DNA of 64,000 bases, from positions 45,458-109,457 of the forward strand of contig NZ_JAQIIY010000019.1 of the NCBI RefSeq assembly GCF_036946525.1, written 5' to 3'. Made by a program: the position numbers and the translations under genes. A model generated the notes under the pieces. It made no database searches and was not told the DNA's origin. It saw nothing but the letters and a program-made list of their open reading frames with translations. Of this stretch, positions 8,513-19,004 are shown piece after piece. Source of the DNA: Mycobacterium kyogaense (GTDB lineage Bacteria; Actinomycetota; Actinomycetes; Mycobacteriales; Mycobacteriaceae). Position 1 is the stretch's first letter. Each line of letters opens with the position of its first letter.

Positions 8513-8851
8513 ATGAGCACTCTCCTCGCCCGTGCCGTGATGACGGCACTCGCACCGGCAGCGGCGCTGCTGGCCGTCGCGGGCCCGGCGTCCGCCCAAC
8601 CGGCGCCGGCCCCGCCGCCGAACTGCACGGCCGCCGACCTGGCCGGCGTCATGGCCGGCGTCACCGCCGCCACCTCGGCCTATCTGTTCACCCACCCGGA
8701 CGTGAACGACTTCTTCACCAGCCTGCGGGACAAGAGCCGCGACGACATGAAGGCCGCGGTCGAGGCGTACGTCACCGCACGCCCGGATGTGGGGGACTCG
8801 CTGCGCGCGATCCGGCAGCCCTCGGTCGACTTCCGGGCCCGCTGCGGTTAG
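8513..8851 (+). CDS. hemophore-related secreted protein (Rv0203/Rv1174c family)
   Basis: Signal peptide, then ...PPNCTAADLAGVMAGVTAATSAYLFTHPDVNDFF...VDFRARCG with terminal Cys pair. AGGAG RBS before ATG 8513. Confidence 0.8.
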   Translation: MSTLLARAVMTALAPAAALLAVAGPASAQPAPAPPPNCTAADLAGVMAGVTAATSAYLFTHPDVNDFFTSLRDKSRDDMKAAVEAYVTARPDVGDSLRAIRQPSVDFRARCG

Positions 8852-10125
8852 CTGCCGTGTGGTGACGTGGCCGGAGGTGTTCCGGTCGACGGTGTCATCT
8901 GACGTGGTCGGCACAGCATCACGACGACCCCGCACAGCACGGCGGCGACGCCGAACGCTGCGTACACGCTGACTGCGTCGGCGGTCCCGCCGAGCAGTGC
9001 CGCCGCCAGCGGTCGTGAGCCGAGGAAACCCACCAGCCATAGCGCCATGATGCGGCCGCGAAGCTCCTCGGGCGCCTGCTCCTGCACGACGGTGCCGAGT
9101 CCGGTCATCGCCCACCCGAAACCGAGCCCGGCCAGCGCGAACCCGGCGACGGCCACGGCGGCGACGCCGCCGACCGCCAGCACCGCGCAGCCCGCCGCCA
9201 GCCCCCAGAGCCCGAGCCACGACACGAGGTCGGCCGCGATGCGGCCGCGCAGCGCCGCCAGCAGTGCCATCCCGACCGCGGCGCCGATCCCGAAGACCGC
9301 CGAGAGCATGCCGACCATCCGGGGGCCACCGCCGAGCGCGTCGGCCACCGACGGAGTGAGGGTGATCGACGAGTCCGACGCGACGCCGACCACCGTCACC
9401 GCGATGAGTGCCAGCAGTAGCCTGCGGTCGCCCAGCACGTAGCGGACCGCGACACGCACCCGGTAGTCGGCGCCCGCGCGCCGAGGCGCGGGTGCCGGAA
9501 AGCGCACCACGATCAGGAGTGCCGCGAAGACCAGGTGCAGACCGGCGCTCGCAGCGAACGCGTACGCCGGTCCCAGGTGGGCGGCCAGGTACGCGCCGGC
9601 GGCGGGACCGAGGATGCGGCCGATCGTCATGGGCATGCTGTTGAGCGCCATGGCCGTGGACAGCTCGCCGTCCCTGATCAGGCTGGGCACGATGGACTGC
9701 ATCGCCGGACCCCCGACGGCGAACCCGAAGCCGACGAGCAGCGAGCCGAGCAGCACCGCCGCTGCTGCCGCCGTTCCGTGCGCCGACGGCGTGGCGAACA
9801 ACCACACCGCCACCAGGCCGGAGCCCATCGCGCAGAACACTCGGCCGAGCAGGATCTGCCGTACCGGATTCCCGGTGTCGGCCCATTTGCCGCTGGTCGG
9901 GGTGAGCAGCAGCTGAGGTCCGAACTGGGCGACGCCCACCATGCCGACCATCAGAGCCGAGCGGGTGGCGTCGTAGATGACGATCGCCGCGACGATGCCG
10001 TGCGTCCAGACGGCGACGACCGAGAAGATCTTGCCCCAGAACAGGGCGCCGAAGACCCGGTCGAACATCAGCCCCACCGCGCCGCGGGCGCGGAGGCCGA
10101 GGGCGTCGTCGCGCGCTGCGGTCAC
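8848..10125 (-). CDS. MFS transporter (EntS/DUF894-like)
   Basis: 12-TM-like hydrophobic profile. Start set at GTG 10125 (VTAARDD...); alternatives are 10242 (longest) and ATG 10068. Confidence 0.8.
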   Translation of the reverse strand: MTAARDDALGLRARGAVGLMFDRVFGALFWGKIFSVVAVWTHGIVAAIVIYDATRSALMVGMVGVAQFGPQLLLTPTSGKWADTGNPVRQILLGRVFCAMGSGLVAVWLFATPSAHGTAAAAAVLLGSLLVGFGFAVGGPAMQSIVPSLIRDGELSTAMALNSMPMTIGRILGPAAGAYLAAHLGPAYAFAASAGLHLVFAALLIVVRFPAPAPRRAGADYRVRVAVRYVLGDRRLLLALIAVTVVGVASDSSITLTPSVADALGGGPRMVGMLSAVFGIGAAVGMALLAALRGRIAADLVSWLGLWGLAAGCAVLAVGGVAAVAVAGFALAGLGFGWAMTGLGTVVQEQAPEELRGRIMALWLVGFLGSRPLAAALLGGTADAVSVYAAFGVAAVLCGVVVMLCRPRQMTPSTGTPPATSPHGS

Positions 10126-10314
10126 CCGATCTGCATAGCACAGAGGCGCCACCCGCCTCGACCGACTATCCTGTCCGCTGAGCGAAATCGCCAGTGCTGC
10201 TTGAATTTCGGCGTAACGGCGGACGCGCGTGGATCGATACACTGGGCGGCTGGCTCGTGCCCGGCTCCGTTCTGATCGTTTCTCCTGTCCAGGCTCTCAT
10301 CGAAGGATGATGCG

Positions 10315-11499
10315 TTGACTCGCCCGACCGCACAGGTCAGCTCCGCCACTGTCGGAGGTGCCCTGGGCCGCCGCACCGCGCTCAAGGCGTCCGTCCTCGC
10401 GGCGGCGGCGATGACGTTGACACCGGTGCCGCGGGCGTCAGCCGACGACGGACGCTGGTCGCCCGACCGTGCCGCGCGCTGGTATCAGGATCAGGACTGG
10501 TTGGTGGGCGCGAACTACATCGCCAGCAACGCGGTCAACCAGTTGGAGATGTTCCAGCCCGGGACGTTCGACCCGCTGCGCATCGACGCCGAGTTGCGGT
10601 TGGCGAGGCTGGCCGGCCTGAACACGGTGCGGGTGTTCCTGCACGACCTGCTGTGGATCCAGGACCCGACGGGCTTTCTGAACCGCGTCGGTCACGTCGT
10701 GGACATCGCGTCCCGCCACGGCATACGACCGCTGTTCGTCCTGTTCGACAGCTGTTGGGATCCGCTGCCCGCCCTCGGGAGGCAGGCCGCGCCGCGGCCC
10801 GGGGTCCACAACTCGCGGTGGGTGCAGAGTCCCGGGGCGGAGAACCTCGACGACCGGCGCTACCGGCGCGTCCTGCACGACTATGTCGTCGGCGTACTCA
10901 CCCGGTTCCGCGGCGATCGGCGCATCCTCGGATGGGACCTGTGGAACGAACCCGACAATCCCGCCAAGCAGTACCGGGACACCGAGCGCGCCGACAAGCT
11001 CGCCCTCGTCGCCGATCTGCTACCGCAGGTGTTCCGCTGGGCGCGTTCCGTCGGGACGATCCATCCACTGACCAGCGGTGTGTGGGACGGCCCGTGGGCC
11101 GATGCGCGGCGGCGCAGTGAGATCGCGAGCATCCAGCTCGAGAACTCCGATGTCATCTCGTTCCACAGCTACGACAATCCGGCCGGGTTCGACGCCCGCA
11201 TCAGCGAGCTCGACTTCACCCGGCGCCCGCTGCTGTGCACCGAGTACATGGCGCGGTCGCTGGACTGCACGGTCGAGAACATCCTGCCGATCACCAAGCG
11301 CCGCAACGTCGGAGCGTATGCATGGGGTTTCGTGGCCGGTAAAACGCAGACCTACTATCCATGGGATTCGTGGGACCGGCCCTATACCGCCGAACCGCAG
11401 CCGTGGTTTCACGACCTGCTCACCCGCGACGGGCAGCCCTACCGGCCGACAGAGATCGCGGCCATCCGGGGTCTGACCGGGCGACCCCGCCCGTCCTGA
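10315..11499 (+). CDS. secreted glycoside hydrolase, GH5-like TIM barrel, with Tat-type signal
   Basis: GRRTALKASVLAAAAMTL...ASA signal. RVFLHDLLW, catalytic-type WNEPDN motif and later CTEY. TTG start at 10315 is uncertain. Confidence 0.7.
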   Translation: MTRPTAQVSSATVGGALGRRTALKASVLAAAAMTLTPVPRASADDGRWSPDRAARWYQDQDWLVGANYIASNAVNQLEMFQPGTFDPLRIDAELRLARLAGLNTVRVFLHDLLWIQDPTGFLNRVGHVVDIASRHGIRPLFVLFDSCWDPLPALGRQAAPRPGVHNSRWVQSPGAENLDDRRYRRVLHDYVVGVLTRFRGDRRILGWDLWNEPDNPAKQYRDTERADKLALVADLLPQVFRWARSVGTIHPLTSGVWDGPWADARRRSEIASIQLENSDVISFHSYDNPAGFDARISELDFTRRPLLCTEYMARSLDCTVENILPITKRRNVGAYAWGFVAGKTQTYYPWDSWDRPYTAEPQPWFHDLLTRDGQPYRPTEIAAIRGLTGRPRPS

Positions 11500-11515
11500 T
11501 GCCCGCCCTGACTGG

Positions 11516-12289
11516 TCAGCGCCCTCGCCACTGCGGGCGACGTTTCTCCCGCCACGCCGAAATACCCTCTGCCACATCGGCTGTCGCGCCGGCCACCTTG
11601 CGCATCACCTCGCCGAACCGGACCGACTCGATCCACCCCATGTCGGCAGTGCGCCAGGCGACCTCCTTGGTGGCCCGCTGTGCGAGCGGCGCAGCCTCGG
11701 CCAGAGTGCGCGCCCATTGCTGAGCCGCGGGGAGAAGGTCGTCCGGTTCCACGAGCTTCCACACCAACCCGACCTCCTTCGCCCGCTCGGCGGTCATCGG
11801 TGTGCCGGTGAGCAGCAGCTCCATCGCGTCGGCCCACCGCAGCCGTCTCGGCAGCCGGATCGCCCCGACGATCGTCGGCACGCCGATGGTGACCTCGGGG
11901 AAGGCGAAGGTGGCCTCGGTGCTCGCAATCACGAAGTCGCAGAACAGAACTCCGGTCAGGCCGTAGCCCATGCACGGTCCCTGCACCGCGGCGATCGTCG
12001 GCTTGAACAACTCCATGCCGCTTTCGAAGGAGTTGATGGTCGGCTTCTCCCAGAACGTGCCGCCGAACGTCCCGACGGCGCCGTCGCCGTCTTTGAGGTC
12101 AGCGCCGGCGCAGAACACCCGACCGTTGGCAGTGAGGATGCCGACCCAGGCGTCCTCCTCGTCGCGGAATCGGTCCCACGCGGCGTTGAGTTCCTGCCGC
12201 AGCGCACCGTTGATCGCATTGCCGGCTTCGGGCCGGTTCAGTGTGATCGTCGCGACGTGACCGTCGAGCTCGTAGGTGACCAGGCTCAT
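11516..12289 (-). CDS. enoyl-CoA hydratase/isomerase (crotonase) family protein
   Basis: MSLVTYELDGHVATITLNRPEAGNAIN...VFCAGADLK... crotonase signature. Confidence 0.9.
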   Translation of the reverse strand: MSLVTYELDGHVATITLNRPEAGNAINGALRQELNAAWDRFRDEEDAWVGILTANGRVFCAGADLKDGDGAVGTFGGTFWEKPTINSFESGMELFKPTIAAVQGPCMGYGLTGVLFCDFVIASTEATFAFPEVTIGVPTIVGAIRLPRRLRWADAMELLLTGTPMTAERAKEVGLVWKLVEPDDLLPAAQQWARTLAEAAPLAQRATKEVAWRTADMGWIESVRFGEVMRKVAGATADVAEGISAWREKRRPQWRGR

Positions 12290-12305
12290 GGCGACACTGT
12301 AGAAC

Positions 12306-12692
12306 TCAGCCGCGTTGCTTTTCCGCGTGCAGGAACGCCGCCGTGTCGTAGTAGGTGCGGAACGCGGTGATCGTCTCGTCGTCACCCTCGAGCACGCTCA
12401 TCCCGTCGTAACGGAATTCGGTGCCGTCGCGCAGCGTCCCCGTCGAGGTCCACTCGAGATAGGCGATGCCGTCATCGGTGACGGTGTGCGAGAAGTCGGA
12501 TGTCAGGTCGTCGAAGACATCGCGGTACTGCGTCCAGAAGGTGCGCGCACCATCCTGCCCGTGCTGTTCATGAGGCAACCCGGCCTTGGTGAGGGTGGCG
12601 TCGTCGGAGAACAGCTCGACCAATGGCTCCACGTCACGGCTTTCGTGCAGGCGGCCCAGTGCGTCGGTGAAACGTCGTGTCAGCTCATGCAT
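12306..12692 (-). CDS. SnoaL/NTF2-like (ketosteroid isomerase-fold) protein
   Basis: 128 aa with pattern ...LFSDDATL...TFWTQYRDVF...IAYLEWTSTGTL. Confidence 0.7.
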   Translation of the reverse strand: MHELTRRFTDALGRLHESRDVEPLVELFSDDATLTKAGLPHEQHGQDGARTFWTQYRDVFDDLTSDFSHTVTDDGIAYLEWTSTGTLRDGTEFRYDGMSVLEGDDETITAFRTYYDTAAFLHAEKQRG

Positions 12693-12759
12693 GTGCTTCG
12701 CCTACCCGCCGTCACCACGCCCACACGCCGGACCGCCGACGGGTCACTGTTTCGACAGA

Positions 12760-13317
12760 TCAGGTGTGCGCGGGCGTCTCGGCGAATCGATCGGTGATGG
12801 CCTGACAGAAGGCGGGCAGATCGTCGGGGGAGCGACTGGTGATCAGGTTGCCGTCGATGCACACCTCCTGGTCGACGACCGTCGCGCCGGCGTTGCGCAG
12901 ATCGGTGCGCAGGCTGGGGTACGAGGTGAGCGTGCGGCCGTCGATGACGCCGGCCTCGAGAAGAACCCACGGGGCATGGCAGATCGCGGCCACCGGCTTC
13001 CCCGAGCGAACGAATTCCGCGACGAACGAGACGGCCGAGTCCTCGAGGCGCAGCTTGTCCCCGTTGACGGTGCCGCCGGGGATGACGAGGGCGTCGTACT
13101 CGTCGACCCGTGCGTCATCCACTGTGCGGTCGACCGAAAAGGTGCCCGCCAGTTCCAGATCGTGGTCACGTGCCTCGATCTGACCGTCGCTGATCGAGAG
13201 CAGGTCGACCTGCCCGCCCGCGTCGGTGACCGCGTCGCGCGGCCGCTCGAGTTCGACTCTCTCCACCCCGTCGGTGGCCAGGAACGCGATCTTGCGGCCG
13301 TGGAGTTCGTTCGCCAT
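12760..13317 (-). CDS. DJ-1/PfpI family protein (type 1 glutamine amidotransferase-like)
   Basis: KIAFLATDGVE...YDALVIPGG...VAAICHAPWVL nucleophile-elbow Cys-His. Confidence 0.9.
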   Translation of the reverse strand: MANELHGRKIAFLATDGVERVELERPRDAVTDAGGQVDLLSISDGQIEARDHDLELAGTFSVDRTVDDARVDEYDALVIPGGTVNGDKLRLEDSAVSFVAEFVRSGKPVAAICHAPWVLLEAGVIDGRTLTSYPSLRTDLRNAGATVVDQEVCIDGNLITSRSPDDLPAFCQAITDRFAETPAHT

Positions 13318-13458
13318 GGCGGCATCCTTTCGTCGGCGTGAATCGTCCGTCGGCCGCCGGTTACCCGCTCGCCGACGAACGAATCCCGCGGGAGGTCACC
13401 CGTCGACAGATCTCCGCACCCGCGGGATCACGTGCCCGGCGAATCGCGCCGTCAGCGG

Positions 13459-14490
13459 CTATTTGACGATCAGCTTGCGCTGTGAGGCCATCGTGAACAC
13501 GGCCGCCACGATGATCACCAAGCCCTTGATGATCGTTTGGGTGTAGTCGGCGGCGCCGATCTGGTTCAGGCCGTTGGACAGCACCGTGAGGATCAGGACA
13601 CCGAGGACGGTCCGATTGACCCCGCCGACTCCGCCGGACAGCGCGGTGCCACCGATCACGATGGCCGCCACCGAGTCGAGCAGGATCTGCGATCCCAGAG
13701 TCGGCCCCGCCGCGCCCAATTGGGCGGTCAACAGCAGACCGGCCACTCCGGCGGTGATGCCCGACACCACCAGGATGAGCACCTTGATGCGGCGCGTCTT
13801 CACCCCGGCCAACTCGACCACCTTTTCATTGCCTCCGATGGCGTAGACGTACAACCCGAACCGTGTGCGGCGGGCGAAAAACCACACCACGGCCAGCGCC
13901 AGCAACGCGATCAGTGCCGCGTTCTGGATGTTCGGCACGAACTGGCCGATGGCCAGGTCACGAATGCCCTGGTTGGTGAAGTTGATGGTGCTGCCCTGCA
14001 GGATGGTCAAGCCGATCCCGGCGAACAGCGACAGCGTGCCCAAGGTGGCGATGAACGACGGCACCCGCCCGTAGGCGAACACCAGACCGTTGAGCAGGCC
14101 GATGGCTGCACCCACCGCGACGGCGATGAGCAGCACCAGAATCGGATTGCCGAAGCCTTCGTTGATCAGGGAGGCGACCACCGCACCCGTGAGCAACGCA
14201 ATGGAGCCCACGGACAGGTCAACGCTGCCGGCGACCACCACCAGCGTCGCGCCGAGCGAGGCGAGCAGCAGGATGCCGGCCTGCCCGCTGATCAGGGTGA
14301 GGTTGGCCGCCGTGAGAAAGGCTTCGGCGCGGACCGAGAAGAACACCACCAGGGCCAGGAGCGCGGCCAGCGGCAGCACGTCACGCGTCAGGTTGATGCG
14401 AGTCGGTGAAACCGAGGGCGACGGACGCGTACCGGAGGGTGCCTCGGGTGTTGCGATTCCCGTTGCAGGGGAGGTCAGTTCAGCAGTCAT
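13459..14490 (-). CDS. sugar ABC transporter permease (RbsC/AraH-type)
   Basis: 343-aa polytopic protein typical of BPD_transp_2 permeases. Confidence 0.9.
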   Translation of the reverse strand: MTAELTSPATGIATPEAPSGTRPSPSVSPTRINLTRDVLPLAALLALVVFFSVRAEAFLTAANLTLISGQAGILLLASLGATLVVVAGSVDLSVGSIALLTGAVVASLINEGFGNPILVLLIAVAVGAAIGLLNGLVFAYGRVPSFIATLGTLSLFAGIGLTILQGSTINFTNQGIRDLAIGQFVPNIQNAALIALLALAVVWFFARRTRFGLYVYAIGGNEKVVELAGVKTRRIKVLILVVSGITAGVAGLLLTAQLGAAGPTLGSQILLDSVAAIVIGGTALSGGVGGVNRTVLGVLILTVLSNGLNQIGAADYTQTIIKGLVIIVAAVFTMASQRKLIVK

Positions 14491-14494
14491 CTTC

Positions 14495-16072
14495 TCATCC
14501 GATGGTGGTAGGGACAGCGGTGGTGCCGGGGATCATCAGGGCCACGAGGTCGTGCTCGTCCGGCTTGGCCCCCGGTGGCGCGTCCACCGTGGCCACCAAC
14601 CGGCCGTCGGTGATCACCGCGACCCGGTTGGACAACCCGATCAGTTCTGGGAGGTCGTCGCTGACCAGGATGACGGCAGCGCCGGAAGCAGCGACCTGGC
14701 GCAGCAACTCGTAGATACCTTCTCGAGCGCCGGTGTCAACGCCCTGTGTCGGTTCGTCGAGGACCAGCACATCAGGTTGCCGCAGAAGCCATTTGGCGAT
14801 GAGTACCTTCTGCGCGTTGCCGCCCGACAGCGAAGCCACCGGCGCATCGATACCGACGGCGACGATGCCCAGCTCGTCGACGTACCGCTGGGTGACCGCG
14901 CGGGCACGGCCAACCGCCCACAACCCGACCAGGCGGGTGGCGAAGCGGTCATGTAGCGAGGCCAACTGGATGTTGTCGACGATCGACGAGCTGGTGATCA
15001 GCCCCTTGTCGTTGCGGTCCGGTGGCACATAGGCGATGCCGGCGCGAACGTGCTCGCCGATGGTGCCGCCGACTGGTTCGCCGTCGATCAGGATCCGCCC
15101 GTGGGTCGGTCGCACGGCGCCCGCGATGATCTCGCCCAGCACCCGCTTGCCCGAGCCCTCGGTCCCGGCCAAGCCGACGATTTCTCCCGCCGCGACCTCG
15201 AGCGAGGCATCCCGCAACACCCCGGCACCGCCCACGGATTCGACCACCAACCGGGGTGCTGCGCCGGTGTCGATGACGCGCTGGTCGTGTTCGCGGTAAT
15301 AGTTCTCGGTGCGTATCCGTCCCACCATGAGCCGGTGCAACTCGTTCTCGTCGACTCCGGCCGTCGGGCGATCAGCCACAGATTCGCCGTCCTTGAAAAC
15401 GGTGACTCGGTCGGTGGATTCGATGATCTCGGGCAACCGATGCGAGACGAAGACCACCGCGGCGACGCCGCGCAACCGTTGCAGCAAACGCAAAAAGTTG
15501 TCCTCGTGTTCGGAGTCCAGGGCGGTCGTCGGCTCATCGAAGAGCACCACGGGGCGCTGCACCTCGAGCAGGTCTGACAGTGCCGTCACCCGCGCGATGT
15601 CAAGGCTCTGTTTCTGTCCCGGTGTCAGCCGGCCCGTAGGCGCGCCCACGTCGACACCGTCCACACCGGCCTTCGCGAGCGCCTCGGTCGCGGCGCGGCG
15701 CAGCGCGCGCCGGTCCAATCCTCCAGTCCTCCTGCGGAACAGGTGTTCCCAGCCGAAGAAGACGTTCTCGTAGACGGCCAGGGAGTCGATCAGCGCGGCG
15801 TCCTGGAACACGCGGAAGATGCCGAGCTTGTTGGCTTCCTGGTAGGTCTTCGGGGCGATTTCACGACCGTCGAGCACCAGCGACCCTGAGTCGGGGGGCA
15901 GAACGCCGGACACGATGTTGAGGATGGTGCTCTTGCCTGCCCCGTTCTCGCCGATCAAACCGACCACCTCGCCGTCACCGACGGTCAGGTCGACACCCTT
16001 GAGTGCGCGGTTGGCGCCGAACGATTTGACGATGCCAGCTGCCTGCAACCGGGGTCCTGGACGTGAGGTCAT
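14495..16072 (-). CDS. sugar ABC transporter ATP-binding protein (duplicated NBD)
   Basis: GENGAGKST Walker A, LSGGNAQK signature, two nucleotide-binding domains. Confidence 0.95.
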   Translation of the reverse strand: MTSRPGPRLQAAGIVKSFGANRALKGVDLTVGDGEVVGLIGENGAGKSTILNIVSGVLPPDSGSLVLDGREIAPKTYQEANKLGIFRVFQDAALIDSLAVYENVFFGWEHLFRRRTGGLDRRALRRAATEALAKAGVDGVDVGAPTGRLTPGQKQSLDIARVTALSDLLEVQRPVVLFDEPTTALDSEHEDNFLRLLQRLRGVAAVVFVSHRLPEIIESTDRVTVFKDGESVADRPTAGVDENELHRLMVGRIRTENYYREHDQRVIDTGAAPRLVVESVGGAGVLRDASLEVAAGEIVGLAGTEGSGKRVLGEIIAGAVRPTHGRILIDGEPVGGTIGEHVRAGIAYVPPDRNDKGLITSSSIVDNIQLASLHDRFATRLVGLWAVGRARAVTQRYVDELGIVAVGIDAPVASLSGGNAQKVLIAKWLLRQPDVLVLDEPTQGVDTGAREGIYELLRQVAASGAAVILVSDDLPELIGLSNRVAVITDGRLVATVDAPPGAKPDEHDLVALMIPGTTAVPTTIG

Positions 16073-16073
16073 G

Positions 16074-17414
16074 TCACACCTTCTGATAGGGGGACGGCCC
16101 GAGAACGGGGGTGCGGTAGTGGTCCTCGTACAGCGCGCGGACGCGGTCGAAGTCGCCGTTGCGTTGTGCGGTCAGATAGGCCTCGGGGAACTGGAAGCCT
16201 TCGGGTTTCGGCACGCCCGGCCAGATGGTCTCGAGATCTTCGACCGGGTACCCGGCGAACTGCAGATCGAAGTCGTGGGGGTGCTCGACGCGGGAGAGCA
16301 GTTTGACGTCGAACGACTCGCCGATGGGCCCGTCGACGTACCGGGACTTGAACGCCTGCACGTTGTCGGCGGTGATGATCTCGGCGTGCCATCCGTAGAA
16401 CCGTTCGGCGGCATCGGGTTTCCACCCGTTGAGCCGGTCGTGGAACTGCGCCACCGTGAAGAAGGAGGGGTAAGCCGGGACGTTGCCGGTGGTCACCAGC
16501 TGCGTGCCCTTGACGATCCGGTCGATGCCGGCAGTCGAGCCGTTGGCTCCAACGACGAAGACGTCCTTGCCGGGCACCTTGCCCGCTGCTTCGATCCCGG
16601 CGACCACTCCGGTGGCGGCGTCGTCGTTGACTGCGACGATGCCCCGGGTGTCGGGGTAGCGGGCCAGCAGGGCGGCCGCGGCGCGCTGTGACAGGTCGGC
16701 GTCGTACTTGGCGTGGAGTTCGCCGGCAAAGGTGATCTTCGGGTATTTCTTGAGGGTGTCGTGCACGGCGAGCCGACGCTGGACCTCGCAACCGTCGATG
16801 GACGGGTAGTACCCGCCGACTCGCACGATGGTGCCTTCCTCGCCGATGGTGCGCGCCAATACGTCGACGGCCTTGCCGACGGCGACGTACTCGTCGGGCA
16901 TCAGGAAGGTGTTGTACTTGTTGCCGTCGGCGTCGCTGTGCCACGGCGTGTACCAGGCTGGTGAGTTCCAGGCCGCCTGGAACAACACCCCGCCCCCGTT
17001 CGAATCGTGGGCCATGGTGGGCAGCGCGCCGGGGTCGTTGAGCCCGACGAAGATCGCGGTGGTCTTCTGGGTGAGCAGCTGATTGAACTGATTGGACTGC
17101 ACCGCGGCATCGCTCTTACCGTCCAGAACGACGCTCTTGTAACCCAATTGGGCGGCAGCCTCTTGGTACGCCTTGGCCCACTGCACCTGATAGTCACCGG
17201 TGGCCGACCAGTTCAGCAGAGCGAACTGACCGTCCGTGTAGGCGACGGCGTCACCGCGGGCCTCGCTGCGCCGGCCCACCGCGGTCAACGCACCCGCGGC
17301 GGTCAGCGCGGCGGCGCTGCCGGCCAGCAGTTTCACGAACTGCCGCCGGCCCAGACCGTAGGTGTCCAGGCGTTCGAGGACCGGATCGATCGCACGGCGT
17401 TCTTCGGAATTCAT
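16074..17414 (-). CDS. sugar ABC transporter substrate-binding protein with Tat signal and a long C-terminal extension
   Basis: [21 protein letters not shown] signal. Periplasmic-binding-protein type I core, then ~110 extra residues. Start at MNSEERR (17414). Confidence 0.85.
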   Translation of the reverse strand: MNSEERRAIDPVLERLDTYGLGRRQFVKLLAGSAAALTAAGALTAVGRRSEARGDAVAYTDGQFALLNWSATGDYQVQWAKAYQEAAAQLGYKSVVLDGKSDAAVQSNQFNQLLTQKTTAIFVGLNDPGALPTMAHDSNGGGVLFQAAWNSPAWYTPWHSDADGNKYNTFLMPDEYVAVGKAVDVLARTIGEEGTIVRVGGYYPSIDGCEVQRRLAVHDTLKKYPKITFAGELHAKYDADLSQRAAAALLARYPDTRGIVAVNDDAATGVVAGIEAAGKVPGKDVFVVGANGSTAGIDRIVKGTQLVTTGNVPAYPSFFTVAQFHDRLNGWKPDAAERFYGWHAEIITADNVQAFKSRYVDGPIGESFDVKLLSRVEHPHDFDLQFAGYPVEDLETIWPGVPKPEGFQFPEAYLTAQRNGDFDRVRALYEDHYRTPVLGPSPYQKV

Positions 17415-17578
17415 CGGGCAGACGGTAGTGCGCGGCCGGATCAATTCCCAGCGTCTGGATCAGGATAAGACTTACCGTGATTGGAACGCATGGTGATCAG
17501 AAGTATTGCGCCGAACGGTCTTTGGTCACGACATTGGGTGAGGTGTCCGTTCCTTACCTCCGTTTCTCTGCCTTTGTC

Positions 17579-18973
17579 ATGAACACGACCTCACATATCC
17601 TGCAGGGTGTGTGGCGCCGGCCCGAAGCCCGCCAGACGGATTTCAACTCACTCGATCATTGGGTGCATCTGGCGAAAGTTCTCGAGAGGGGCCGATTCGA
17701 CGCCATCTTCTTCGCCGATGTCGTTGGCCTGTACGGCGATTACGGCGGGTCCTACGAGAAGTACGTGCAGGCCGGCCTGCAGATTCCGAGCAATGACCCG
17801 AGCGTGATTGCGTCGGCAATCGCATACAACACCTCGGATATCGGGATCGCCATCACCAGTTCGGTCATCCAGGAGCACCCGTTCAATTTCGCGCGCAAGA
17901 TATCGACCCTTGATCACGCCTCGAACGGCCGGATCGCGTGGAACATCGTCACCAGTGGTCTGGCCAACGCGGCCCGCAACTTCGGGTACGACGGGCTGGA
18001 GGAGCACGACGAGCGCTACCGATGGGCCGAGGAGTACGTCGACGTCACCTACAAGCTGTGGGAGGGCTCGTGGGACGACGGGGCGCTGCTCCAGGATCGT
18101 GTTCGTGGGCTGCATGGGGACTACTCGAAGATCCACAAGATCCACCACGTCGGAGAGCGCTACTCGGTCGAGGGACCACACCTGGTGGCGCCGTCACCGC
18201 AGCGCACACCGATTCTGTTCCAAGCAGGGTCGTCAACGGCCGGGCGCGATTTCGCGGCCCGTAACGCCGAAGCACAGTTCATCATCAGCCCGAGCCCCGA
18301 GAATGCTCGCGATCTGATCGAGGACACCCGCCGGCGGGTGGTCGCCGCGGGACGCAAACCTGATGACCTGAAGTTCTTTCAGGGTCTGCATTTCGTCATC
18401 GGCAGCACGGAGGAGGAGGCGCGGCGCAAGGAAGTCGAACTCGACGAGGCGATCGACCTGGACGGGATGGTTGCCCACCTGTCCGGTGCTGTCGGCATCG
18501 ATTTCGGCGGCCACGACCTCGACACCCCGTTGGGTGACATCGCCGATACCGACGGCACCCGCAGCATCGTGGCGTGGGTGCAGGAATCGGTGTCTCGGCG
18601 GGCAGGAGCGGTGGGCCCACGCGCGCAGCGCAGGGGACGACCCGGGGAATCACACAGCCGTGAGGCCACCGTGCGCGATTTGGGCCTGTTGCAGGGGCGC
18701 AACTCGCGAGTGGTGGGCACCCCGGAGTCGATCGCCGACCAGTTGCAACGGTGGCGCGATGCCGGGGTGGACGGCATCAACGTCGTCAACGCCACCATTC
18801 CCGGCAGCTACGAAGATTTCGTCGAGCACGTCATGCCGGTGCTGCAGCAGCGCGGACTGGCCCAGCGTGAGTACCGTGCCGGCACGCTGCGCGCCAAGCT
18901 GTTCGGAGCAGACCGGATCAACGAGCGGCACCCGGCCGCACGGTATCGCGGCGCCTTCGCTGGGTGTAGGTAG
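17579..18973 (+). CDS. LLM-class flavin-dependent monooxygenase (NtaA/SnaA/DszA family)
   Basis: MNTTSHILQGVWRRPEA...FDAIFFADVVG...RIAWNIVTS... Start at ATG 17579. Confidence 0.9.
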   Translation: MNTTSHILQGVWRRPEARQTDFNSLDHWVHLAKVLERGRFDAIFFADVVGLYGDYGGSYEKYVQAGLQIPSNDPSVIASAIAYNTSDIGIAITSSVIQEHPFNFARKISTLDHASNGRIAWNIVTSGLANAARNFGYDGLEEHDERYRWAEEYVDVTYKLWEGSWDDGALLQDRVRGLHGDYSKIHKIHHVGERYSVEGPHLVAPSPQRTPILFQAGSSTAGRDFAARNAEAQFIISPSPENARDLIEDTRRRVVAAGRKPDDLKFFQGLHFVIGSTEEEARRKEVELDEAIDLDGMVAHLSGAVGIDFGGHDLDTPLGDIADTDGTRSIVAWVQESVSRRAGAVGPRAQRRGRPGESHSREATVRDLGLLQGRNSRVVGTPESIADQLQRWRDAGVDGINVVNATIPGSYEDFVEHVMPVLQQRGLAQREYRAGTLRAKLFGADRINERHPAARYRGAFAGCR

Positions 18974-19004
18974 CCCGCCACCCATGGGGCGACTCCGGCC
19001 TGGC

